The translations under genes and the position numbers were made by a program. From Lingula anatina (taxonomy: Eukaryota; Animalia; Brachiopoda), in assembly GCA_051362555.1 (NCBI GenBank), contig CM120643.1, positions 3,224,001 through 3,288,000 on the forward strand: a DNA stretch of 64,000 bases, written 5' to 3'. Positions 53,789-63,812 of the stretch are shown one piece after another; the first letter of the stretch is position 1, and every line of letters begins with the position of its first letter. The notes beneath the pieces were generated by a model that ran no database searches, was not told where the DNA came from, and saw only the letters and a list, made by a program, of their open reading frames with translations.

Positions 53789-54479
53789 CTGAAACAATTT
53801 GAAGATAATGTGATCTTCCAGATGCAAGATATCAGAAGACTTTGTGATAGCTAGTAGAGTACATTGAATTCTCAATGCCTCCATTTTCACAGCTGCTATG
53901 GAAAAGCACACAATGTAATAGTATATGTGGGATGAAATGCAATGGTTTGAGGGTGACTCCATTTTTTGCAATATCAAAAGGCCTTATGAACAGAGAACTA
54001 ATAACAATACTGAATAGGCCTCTAAGTTCGTTAAGGGCGTGACCTAACAATGATGAAAGAATTTTTTTCAAATTACTCTAGAAATTTCCTACACAGAAAA
54101 CATGGTAATGTTGAATGTTTTATAAAGCGTAAGTATCCCGCAGATGCAGGATGCAAGGTTCTATTTTCTTTAAATTTTCTTAAATACACAAAATTTTTAT
54201 CATAAACTTCTTATGGCTATAATATATATATATATATATAACCACCTGTCGTCTGCAAATGCTTTTTTTAATGGCAAAATAGTCACACAGGATGTAAAGC
54301 TGCTGAGTAGAACATCAGCCAATGGCCAGTTATTTTTTTCCTTTTATTTCACTGCAAACCTATGGCCTTCATCCCACTTCTGAACAGTTATCAGAAAAAA
54401 GCCAGTTTTATAAGTACATGTTTTTTTTTCTATCCCACATACTCGGTATATATACCACCATGGTTTGTTATATACCTAC

Positions 54480-54570
54480 CAACAAAACCATCTAAAGGGT
54501 CTCCTGGTGTAAGACCAATAACATTTTCTATGGAGTCCACCTCATTTACTTCAAAGTCATCCGAACTCAT
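54480..54570 (-). CDS. TMEM170: Transmembrane protein 170, coding exon 1 (130 aa in total)
   Basis: acatag|aagATG; MSSDDFEVNEVDSIENVIGLTPGDPLDGFV; gtaggt donor, phase 1, compatible with exon 2. Confidence 0.8.
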
Positions 54571-55004
54571 CTTCTATGTAAATGCAATATAACTCCTTGG
54601 TAAATGCAACTGAAAATATTTTAATTTTTAAAGACATTTATGAATATGCACATATCTTGAAATGTAAAAAGATTTGAACAACAAAATCTTTTTTAATGTG
54701 CTTGAAACTGGTAGTTAAGGTAATTTCAGAAAAAAACACATTAAATTATCTATACTTCATGAGTTTTTATTAGAAAAATTGTAGGATATTGATGTATACT
54801 CAGTATTTATAATCGGCATTGTAACCGATTACAATGACTTCGAATCATTTGACCTCTAGTAAACTGTTTTCAGACCGCTGCATGTGACTGCCAGCAGAGT
54901 TTGTTATTTCAATCATCTTAATGTTGAATTTAACAATTCCTGAATACTGAACAAACCTGAAATCTGGAAAACCACATCATTTAATTCCCCTCATCTCGAG
55001 TAGT

Positions 55005-55075
55005 GCCAAGAACCGGAAGTAAACAAATGCATCGTGCGCATGCGTATTGTGTCAATTGACTTCCGGAAGCACAAC
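55005..55075. promoter_or_regulatory. Compact bidirectional promoter shared by TMEM170 (-) and CNOT10 (+)
   Basis: ETS/GABP ACCGGAAGT 55012-55020, NRF1 TGCGCATGCG 55035-55044, ACTTCCGGAAG 55059-55069; outward donors at ~54955 (-) and 55091/55096 (+). Confidence 0.7.
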
Positions 55076-55282
55076 GGGGACATTGTGGCGGTAAGGTAAG
55101 TTAAATAAAGATGTTTTTGTTGAGTATGTAGACACCAGTAATATCAGCTGAAAATGAAATTGTAAAGAGAAATGTAAGTTTTGTCAGACAAGAAACTGCA
55201 TATCATAATCGGTTGTTTCTTAAGTCGACGGTGCTTACAAAACTTGCTTCAACTTTGTCGTTGAGACTTCAACTTATTATGT

Positions 55283-55529
55283 TGTTGTGTTCGTGCATTT
55301 TCCTACCTTCACCCGGTGTGCTGTCCCTGCGCGGAGAGCGCGCAATTACGGTAAGTACTGCGCACACCAGGTGGAGAGTCCAACTTCCCTGCCTGATCCC
55401 GGTGAGTACAACTCAACCACAGCTACCGTGCAGACGTGTACGGTACAGACGACAAAAATAATCAGAATTGAGACACAATACACAGTGATCTACAATCTCA
55501 CTCCGTAAGTAGAACCAGTGAATACTTTA
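55283..55529 (+). repeat. 5' LTR (247 bp, TG...TA)
   Basis: Identical by eye to 60259-60505. Confidence 0.95.
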
Positions 55530-56132
55530 TTGGCGACGAGGCATTCGTAACTTGTAATTTTGCGGGCCTAAAGCTTAGTTTTCGCTGCGATCTAGCTGAA
55601 AGTGGATTACGCGGGAAATTCCTTTGTCTAACATCCTTTTGAATAATTGGGTGGAGCGGCGGTCAAAATTGTAGTTTCAATTTTGGATCATAAAGGTTAC
55701 CGCTTCAGGAGACACTGGTATTTGTTGCGTATCTACTGTATTTTCAGTGCTTACGTGTGTGAATTGTGATATAAAGGAGACGTTGGTCTCATTCCCCTGT
55801 GTGTTGTTATCAAAGCTGAATTTTCCCCAAGACTGAGGTGCACACGTAATATTTTAGTTTCTTTGTTTCTTTAGTTTATTTGAAAGAATAAAATATTGAC
55901 TTCAGTGTTTTTGTTGATTATTCTTTTGTATTTTAGATAGGATTCTGAACAGAATTTCTATCTAAATTCAACTTATTGCGTTGTGTGCCGAAGTCTTCCT
56001 TCCACGAATTTGAATTAACTGTACGTTTTTGGATTCTATTTATAGTGAATTTCGCTATAAGCTTGGTAGTGTATTGTGCTTTGATAGGTGAAATTATTTT
56101 GAATCCATTTAGTTCTCGCTTACAAATGTACA

Positions 56133-58184
56133 ATGGCGAGTGCATCGTGGTTGCCAATCAATCGTGCGACTTACGATGAGCTCGTTACGCTGCCGGGTAT
56201 AGGTCCTGAACGTGCAGAAAGGATAATATATGCTAGAGAGCATGGGATCCCCGTGACCAGATCCAACATTTTGGAAATTTGTGGATCCAATACTGGATCA
56301 AATAAAATCAAAAATCTCTCTTTTAAAGGTACTCACAGCAGTAAATTAGGATCTGAAGTCAGCATGGGTGACCTAGACCCTAGCGTATTATCCACTGAAA
56401 AAAGTCATAACACAACTTCTAAAGTGACTTCCTACATTCAGCATGAAGGAAGAGCGGCTGCTGAGAGATATAGGGTGGAATTTGAAAAAATTCTCAAACT
56501 GGGTGAAAAAATTCAACACCAAGAACAAATTTCTCGCAGTAAAAATGTAAAAAACGCTGCTAATTATTCACCATCAACATATTCTAAATTAAAATATTGT
56601 TCAAAATCTCATTTTCACTCAGCTATTGACCCAAAATCTTTCACATCGCAGCCAGCCACTTTAGCCTCTGAATACGACATTTTTGCTCTGCCTATTGAGA
56701 GGCTGCGTGCCAATAACAAAGATAAAAAAGTAACATCTTCTGTGCATGCAAAGTCTCCAGGCCGCGTCATGAACCCTGATACTGTTACTTCCTTGCCGAA
56801 TGGTAAGGACAGTAGTCGGCACTTTGCTCCGTCTATCCATAAGGGTGATGTGAATTGTGATCTGTATCAGTTTCATGTTCCTAAACCCGGACGGCGGCAA
56901 CGACATGTTGAGCAAAATTTTGCCGATACAGTTCAACAAAATTATGATTACCGGTCTAGTTCAATAGGAAAACATTATACGCGACCTAGAATCTCGTCTC
57001 CCGTTTTCTGTGACGAACCACTAATTTATGAAAGGGATAACAGTGAAAAAGAATACTTTCGGCTACCCAAATCAGAAAAAGTAGGTCCAAAAAGTAAAAA
57101 GGACAGAGTAGACCCCAGTGATTTACCTAAACAATTATCGTTTGACGGAAACAGTGGCGACTGGGAGTCTTTCAGAAAAAGATATGAAAGTTATCGCCAG
57201 ATAAAAGAGTGGTCAGAAAACGAGTGTCTGGACTACCTTCTGTGGTGTCTTGAAGGCGAGGCTTTGGTCCTGTATAATAGCCATCTCAGAGCAAATAAAA
57301 ATGTGTCGTACACATCTATAATGAAAGAAATGGACTTAGTGTTCGGGATTAAAAAACATCCCGATTCGGCTCGCCTGGCATTTCATACTGCCGTTCAATC
57401 GCAAAACGAAACGTTAAACCAATGGCTGTGCCGCGTTTTGTTATTGGTCAGAGATGCTTATCCTGATAAATCGGAGTCTTTTAGGACAAAAGAAACAATA
57501 TCAAAATTTTGTCAAGACTGTATTGATCAGGATGCTGGGCGTTATACTAGTTTAAAGCACCCGGCAAGCATCAGCGACGCAATAACACATATGGTGGACT
57601 ATCAACATGTTTGTAAATCCACGAATAGTCAAAAAGAAACAAGAAAAGTTCGTGAAAAAATTCAAATATGTTCTCTTGATCTTACAGCTAGAGAAAATCA
57701 ACAATCTCCATCTGAAAATGTTGAAAAAATAGTTGAGTCCATCATAGAGAAACGCGTCAGCCAGCAGCCAAAATTGAGCACAATTCAATTTAATTCAAGG
57801 GCTGTCTTGGAAAAAACGGTTGAACATTTGGTCAGGAAGTCCACACCTAAAACATCAAGTGTGTGTTTCTTCTGTAAAAGAAAAGACCATTTTAAAAGAA
57901 ATTGCCAGAAATATAAAGAGTTCTTAAAACGAAAAATTACTGAAAAAGAACTCGAAAAACAAAAGCGAGCTGATAACGCTGAGTCATTTAAACTTGAGGT
58001 TCGAGCATCGAGTACATGTTCAAATACACCGTCTCAAATGCATGGCACTGAAAAACCTCACCTTGTAGAACAATCATTGCAGCAAAATCAACGTAGGGGC
58101 GTCGAGTGGGAGTCTGATCCTAGTATAGGTCAAAATGCTGGGCTTTCAAGCAAGTTTTCGTCCATTAGGTGGTCTCGGGTGTAG
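56133..58184 (+). CDS. gag: Retrotransposon Gag, 683 aa: N-terminal helix-hairpin-helix, capsid domain, CCHC zinc knuckle
   Basis: INRATYDELVTLPGIGPERAERII (HhH); LPKQLSFDGNSGDWESF..W..LLWCLEGEA (capsid); QSQNETLNQW (MHR-like); CFFCKRKDHFKRNC (CX2CX4HX4C). Confidence 0.9.
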   Translation: MASASWLPINRATYDELVTLPGIGPERAERIIYAREHGIPVTRSNILEICGSNTGSNKIKNLSFKGTHSSKLGSEVSMGDLDPSVLSTEKSHNTTSKVTSYIQHEGRAAAERYRVEFEKILKLGEKIQHQEQISRSKNVKNAANYSPSTYSKLKYCSKSHFHSAIDPKSFTSQPATLASEYDIFALPIERLRANNKDKKVTSSVHAKSPGRVMNPDTVTSLPNGKDSSRHFAPSIHKGDVNCDLYQFHVPKPGRRQRHVEQNFADTVQQNYDYRSSSIGKHYTRPRISSPVFCDEPLIYERDNSEKEYFRLPKSEKVGPKSKKDRVDPSDLPKQLSFDGNSGDWESFRKRYESYRQIKEWSENECLDYLLWCLEGEALVLYNSHLRANKNVSYTSIMKEMDLVFGIKKHPDSARLAFHTAVQSQNETLNQWLCRVLLLVRDAYPDKSESFRTKETISKFCQDCIDQDAGRYTSLKHPASISDAITHMVDYQHVCKSTNSQKETRKVREKIQICSLDLTARENQQSPSENVEKIVESIIEKRVSQQPKLSTIQFNSRAVLEKTVEHLVRKSTPKTSSVCFFCKRKDHFKRNCQKYKEFLKRKITEKELEKQKRADNAESFKLEVRASSTCSNTPSQMHGTEKPHLVEQSLQQNQRRGVEWESDPSIGQNAGLSSKFSSIRWSRV

Positions 58185-59580
58185 ATCAATGGAAAAGAGG
58201 ACGTGGGTGCGCTGATTTCTGTAATGTCATGGAGAGTGTATTGCGCGCATTTAAGGTTAGCCATCAGTTTTAAGTTGCCTCGACCTACTATCTCTTGCTG
58301 CAGGGAATAATCGGAAATTAGGAAAACGGGTTTGCATACATAATTTTGAGTCATTTTAGAATCAGTTGTTGTACATGTAGCACCAATGACAATTTTAAAA
58401 TTGAATGCATATTTTCAGTGCAAAGTTTTCTGCAAATTGACGGAAAAGATAAAGCGGAACAAAGGATTCGTAGATCAAAGAAATAAGAGTAGCACCAGTA
58501 CGTATAGTAAAAAGAAAAGGATAATGGAATCCCCAAAAAATCGGAACATGATTCCATGCGAAATCAATAAACAGACTGAAAGGTAGTCATGGAAAGAAAT
58601 AAAGAGTAAAATGGGGTTACTGATTCAGAAAATGGTGCTGTCCGAAAATTCCGATCAATAAAGAAAACTTCATGCGATAAAGTCATGTGGTAGCTACAGT
58701 AGCAAATGACATTTTGGAAACCTCTAAATTGGATTGGTATAAGCTTAGGGGGGTGGATTGTAAAGTTAAAAAAAAAAAAAATAATAAAAACCTGTGCCTG
58801 CATTATCAGTTACAAAGCTGATGAGACAACATGTACCGATGTATATCGAATCTTAAAATACGCTTGTGGGATAAAACATACTAGTGGAGGTTTTCATTCA
58901 CCCTCCTATAACTGGTAACATCCCTATAACAAGTGTACACCCGAACCAAGACCTAACTTGTGGGATTAAATTCTGCAGGGGTTTCAAGTGTTAATTCCCC
59001 TAATTTCGAGAATATCCCTAGAACAAGTAACCGATTGAAAAGGACTAAATGTCACAGACTCTGAAGGTGGGTGGAAGCACTAAGGGCCCTTCAAGTGCCC
59101 CATTCACTGGAAGACGTTTGTAAAACTAAAAATTAACACAAAACTACCGGTAGTATAACATCTTTCAAGACTCCAAACATCGGGAGTCCAAACTTAAATA
59201 AAACCGCTGGTGACGTTCACTTTGGGCTAGACTCTTCGGGTTGCGTGTCTCAAGTAAAACGGGAAATCCCTGAACATCTAGAAGTGATGTTTAAAGTATC
59301 TAAAGGGAATAGTGTAGAATCAAATTTAGAAGGGGTGTTTTCTAAATTGAAATATGTTTTCACTAGAGACAATTTTGATCTTGGTCGGTCTTAAGTCACT
59401 CAACGTGGAAATGAAGCCGGGAATGCCGAATCCCTTAAATCGCGTATGCGGTGGATGCTTGCGTGTGACATGCAGAGAGCATAGGGGGCATTGTTAACGG
59501 AATGTTAACAACCGGATTCATGCAAGGCTGACAAGTCTCAGTTTGTGTGGACATTAGCACCAGTGTTAAATAAGAAAACG
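58185..59580 (+). pseudogene. pol: Decayed pol remnants (protease and pre-RT region); RT core, RNase H and integrase not recognisable
   Basis: *INGKEDVGALISVMS (relic of the D-T-G-A protease motif) directly after the gag TAG; EIPEHLEVMF..KYVFTRDNFDLGRS* at 59260-59394; many stops. Confidence 0.7.
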
Positions 59581-59649
59581 TGACGTCACGGTGAAAATTT
59601 TCCAATAGGGAAAATTAAATATATTGCTAGCAATATCCTTAAAGAATTA

Positions 59650-60178
59650 GACTATCACTCTGTGATGTAGTTTATTTTTGTGTTGAAAAATAACTACAGT
59701 CTATTACACTATCACTTTGTGATGTAGTTTATTTTTGTGTTTAAGAAAAATGGCTACAGTCTATTGAGATCAATGGACTATAACTGTTATGTAGCTTATT
59801 TCTGTGTTAACACATGACTACAGTCCATAAGACTATCACTCTGTGATGTAGTTTATTTTGTGTTAATAAATCGCTACAGTCTATTGTCATTAATGGACTA
59901 TAACTGTTATGTAGCTTAATTTTGTGTTAACACGTGACTACAGTCTAATTTGATGAAATTTTTGAAAAACCGGGATCTTATTTTAGCATTCCATTTTTCT
60001 TTTCATTTATTTAAACGGAATTTTTGGAACGGACTATCACTATATTTTTGGTGATGTGACTGGCTGGTGAATGAACAGCCTATCACAGTCTGTTCTGCTG
60101 TTTATTTATTTTTTGTATATTTTTTTCGGCGGACTATCACCTCGGTGATGTTGTTAGCACTAACAGCTAATGACAGTC
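59650..60178 (+). other. Array of seven three-way-junction structured motifs upstream of the PPT
   Basis: Consensus GACT-ATCAC-loop-GTGAT-GTAG-stem/loop-CTAC-AGTC at 59650, 59707, 59776, 59831, 59896, 60032 and 60132, with compensatory changes. Confidence 0.8.
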
Positions 60179-60258
60179 TGTACGAATATTTCAACTGGAA
60201 TCCACTTTATTTTATTTATCGAAAGGAATTTGCTCCTTTCAAATAAAAGTGGGGGGAA

Positions 60259-60505
60259 TGTTGTGTTCGTGCATTTTCCTACCTTCACCCGGTGTGCTGT
60301 CCCTGCGCGGAGAGCGCGCAATTACGGTAAGTACTGCGCACACCAGGTGGAGAGTCCAACTTCCCTGCCTGATCCCGGTGAGTACAACTCAACCACAGCT
60401 ACCGTGCAGACGTGTACGGTACAGACGACAAAAATAATCAGAATTGAGACACAATACACAGTGATCTACAATCTCACTCCGTAAGTAGAACCAGTGAATA
60501 CTTTA
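60259..60505 (+). repeat. 3' LTR (247 bp)
   Basis: Identical by eye to 55283-55529. Confidence 0.95.
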
Positions 60506-61003
60506 ATGTCATTTATATTTACTGCACTGAGGTTTATTTAAATTGCGGCTTGCCCATTATACGTTTTCATGATGTTTGGACAGAGTTTTTTATGCTGTAA
60601 AAACATGAAGAGCATGGGGTGTTTGAGGAAATGAATTTGTGAATTTTCCTGTTGAGAGTTGTAGTGGTTAAAATATCATTTGTATTGATTTAAATTATTG
60701 TAATAGGGTATTTATAACGTCACATTTTCATACTAAAGAAAATGGATAATGTTCTTTCTTATTATTATGTAGTATAGTGCTGCATTTGTTCAAAACTCAA
60801 AAGAGTTGTCTTAATTTTGTTTAAATCTTTTATATTCCTAAGATCATAACTAGAATTTCATATTTCAGTATGATATTCAACTTAGATATATTTGTTGTAA
60901 CTAGACATGTCATGTAGAAAATAATATCCTCAACTGTCCACTACATGCAAGATACATAAATTTATTTATATATTTTTCCCTCTTTTAGGGCTGAGCACCA
61001 ATC

Positions 61004-61291
61004 ATGTCTGATGTTAAAGTAGAAGAGCAGTCCCAGCAGGACACCCCCTGTGAGAGCCCCGTACCCTCCCTGCCTGCCGTCACAGAACAGCAGAAGTCCA
61101 CAGCACTGCAGGCCACACAGGAGTTTGAGAAAGGAAACTATGAACAGTGTCTCCACCTATTGGGAAAACTCAACTCGTCTAGGCCAAATGACCCCAAAAT
61201 TGCCCACAACATGGCAGTAGGGGCGTACTATCAGTCGGGGTTTAAAAAGACTGATGAGTTTAAGCAGAGTTTGCAGAATGTCTGCCAACAG
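61004..61291 (+). CDS. CNOT10: CCR4-NOT subunit 10, first coding exon
   Basis: ttttag acceptor at 60988; ALQATQEFEKGNYEQCLHLLGKL..RPNDPKIAHNMAV..YYQSG matches the CNOT10 N-terminal TPR region; gtattg donor. Confidence 0.88.
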
Positions 61292-61868
61292 GTATTGTAT
61301 GCAGCATTTTGTGATAGCTGTAGTGAGACACATCATGCAGGGGTGGATCCAGAGATATTTTCTACAGTCTTCCAAATTAGCTTTGTTGATCAATCTTCCA
61401 TTTTTGACTGTCTGCTGCGAGGAAAAATTAGATACCTGTCAGTGTAAACTTGTAAATCTGACCTCTGACCATCTTCTGGCAGACCCAGAAAATGGCATCA
61501 ATCCGCCCCTGCCATGTGTCCCAGATTATGTTGGACAGTCCCACTAATTCAAGTGACCAGTATCCATGAAGTTCACACAGTCAAAATAGTTCAAGGGGAA
61601 TGTTCTGTATAATGAGTTTATAAAAAAATTCTTTCATACCAAATATCTCTTGGGTTTTGTTCAGTATTTTGATCTGTATTACTATATCACAAAAACAAAG
61701 TATAAACCAAAGTAACTTTTACCCAACTATTAGGCTGAAACAAAGAATAGACTAAGCTTTGTGTTAGTATGTGATAAGACATTTCATTTTCTTCAGTTGA
61801 TAACTGAGATACAATATAGCACATGACCATGATTATATTGTGTTGGCTGACATGACAGTTGACAGCAT

Positions 61869-62125
61869 GAGACTATTCCCAGACCTTATCGTACTAACTT
61901 TGGATTGACCTATCTCCGAGGGGACTTTTGCTAAATTGCAATAAACTTGAGTGGCTTAGATGTCTGTCATGCCTATTGAAGCTGCTAGTGGGTAATGAGC
62001 TATTGTTTAGCGACTTAAGCAGATGTGTGAGATATCTAAGCCGCTTAAGCTGAAAGCAATTTAGTGAGAAACCCCTTGGAGATGGGCCGATCCTGTTAAT
62101 TCAAACTAAGTATGGGAACCCAGTC
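61869..62125. mobile_element. MITE family A copy
   Basis: Inverted match to 43707-43965. Confidence 0.8.
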
Positions 62126-62185
62126 TATGACATTGATAATATATTGTTGGCTGAGATAACACAGTTGATTTCCCCTCATTCCCAG

Positions 62186-62354
62186 TCCCAGGTGAACATA
62201 GACAGTGTGGAGGCACTAGATGATGTGGACCAGTGTGTAATGTACTTTAACCAGGCTATTCTCCTCTACCATCTCAAACAGTACCAGGCTGCCCTCGCCA
62301 TCATGGATAAACTGTTCCAGTTCATTGAGCCTCTGGGAGAACAGGAGTCAAGAC
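62186..62354 (+). CDS. CNOT10: CNOT10 coding exon 2
   Basis: EALDDVDQCVMYFNQAILLYHLKQYQAALAIMDKLFQFIEPL matches CNOT10 ([32 protein letters not shown]); alternative acceptor at 62191; donor position discussed in findings. Confidence 0.88.
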
Positions 62355-62364
62355 GTGAGTCACA

Positions 62365-62612
62365 GGCCTGATAAACGGATTAGGCATTTACTGACACTAC
62401 TCGTAGGTCTTTTAGCACTAACACCAGTATTAACCACATAACCCACAAATTAACCAGCACTACCAGAGCAGATGAATGTTAGTGCTAGGTATTGCTTTGT
62501 TGGTGCTAATTTTACAGTGTACTGGTTAATTTGTGGGTTTGGTGGTTAATATGGGTGTAAGTGCTAAAAGATCTGCGGGTAGTGTTAGTAAATGCCTAAT
62601 CAATTTATAAGA
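62365..62612. mobile_element. Palindromic MITE family E, full copy
   Basis: gattaggcatttactgacactac.cgtaggtcttttagcact versus agtgctaaaagatctgcgggtagtgttagtaaatgcctaatc. Confidence 0.8.
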
Positions 62613-62872
62613 CCCCGAGTTGGATTGATCTGGTGACTGTTAGTCAAAATAAGCAATAGAAAGATAGTGAGAAGCAAGTAAAAACTCTAATAAGGTTTTG
62701 GTGAATTGCATCACGGATAAATAATCTAGTTACTATGTACATTATGTATTGATTACGGAGTTACTTTGTACATGAGTTAAATATTTTCAAATTCAGACGA
62801 CATCCTTGTTTTATTGTTTTGTTATTTTCTTGCTTTTGAAAGTAACTGTTTTTATATTTCTGGTCTCTGCAG

Positions 62873-62934
62873 AGGAAAACTTGGCCAAAAGGGTTCTCTT
62901 GTTTCTGGTTGAGCTGTATTTAGTGACACATCAG
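62873..62934 (+). CDS. CNOT10: CNOT10 coding exon 3
   Basis: ctgcag acceptor, gtaatc donor; ENLAKRVLLFLVELYLVTHQ aligns with [20 protein letters not shown]. Confidence 0.85.
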
Positions 62935-63488
62935 GTAATCTTTATAGATAGATTGATTGTAAAAATATAACTACTGTAATAATTAAATTTAAGAATTTGC
63001 AAGAAATGACCAAATGTAGTTTTTAAAGCCTGTGATAATTATGTGTTTTATTAAGTGAGTGAAGTATACATATTTCATATTAAAATTACATATATTTTAC
63101 ACAAATATAAAGATTTTCATTACAGTAATTTGTATTGATTGCTTCAAAATTTGTAAGAAATTGTTAAATGTTTCTCTTGTTCAACAATATACAGTACACA
63201 CAGTGAATTATTAATTTAACTAACACATAGACACAAACACCCTCTACCACCTGATCTATTATATGTATTCACAGTCACATAATTACATTTAATACATAGT
63301 CTATATTTATATAACCAAGAACATTTCCTTGCAGAATATTTCTCTCCTATGGCAATAAGCGTAGCTCATAGTCATAAATACTTGGGGATATGCAGAAGTT
63401 ACTTTTATCTAATAGCAAATAATTGCAATTGTGTTGTATTGCAAGTAGTCATAAAATCTCCTGCATGTTGAGATATTTTTCTGTTCAG

Positions 63489-63647
63489 CCTGAGAAGGCC
63501 ATGGCCATGTTGACTTACTTTGAGAAGCACATGCTGAATGGCAAGGGAGGTCAGAGCACCCCAGAGAAACAGGGAGACAGGGGCGACGGCAGCAAGGAAG
63601 GCAGCCCAGACTCCATTGCTGAACTCTACAAACCTAAAATAAGTCAG
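63489..63647 (+). CDS. CNOT10: CNOT10 coding exon 4 (gene continues beyond the window)
   Basis: ttcag acceptor, gtgggt donor; PEKAMAMLTYFEK..ELYKPKISQ. Confidence 0.85.
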
Positions 63648-63760
63648 GTGGGTGTAGTCTCCCTCGTTGATGATTGCCTCAGTTTGGCGGCATACAGAAC
63701 AGTGGACTAAATAGTCCGCGGGTCAAATATGGCCAACCCACTTCAAAGTTAGTCCCCCGT

Positions 63761-63812
<52 letters not shown>

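Larger units (their letters stand above)
55283..60505 (+). mobile_element. Young non-autonomous Ty3/Gypsy-type LTR retrotransposon (intact gag, decayed and deleted pol)
   Basis: LTRs at 55283-55529 and 60259-60505; ATGT TSD at 55279-55282 and 60506-60509; PBS TGGCGACGAGG at 55531 (complementary to the 3' end of tRNA-Ser GCT); PPT aaaagtggggggaa immediately before the 3' LTR. Confidence 0.95.

Noticed and set aside
55213-55508. Short ORFs duplicated at 60170-60484
   Set aside because: By-products of the two identical LTRs, with no coding evidence.
59650-60178. 3' array read as a CRISPR-like array or as tandem hammerhead ribozymes (retrozyme)
   Set aside because: No unique spacers or cas genes, eukaryotic context, and no CUGANGA/GAAA hammerhead core at the junction on either strand.
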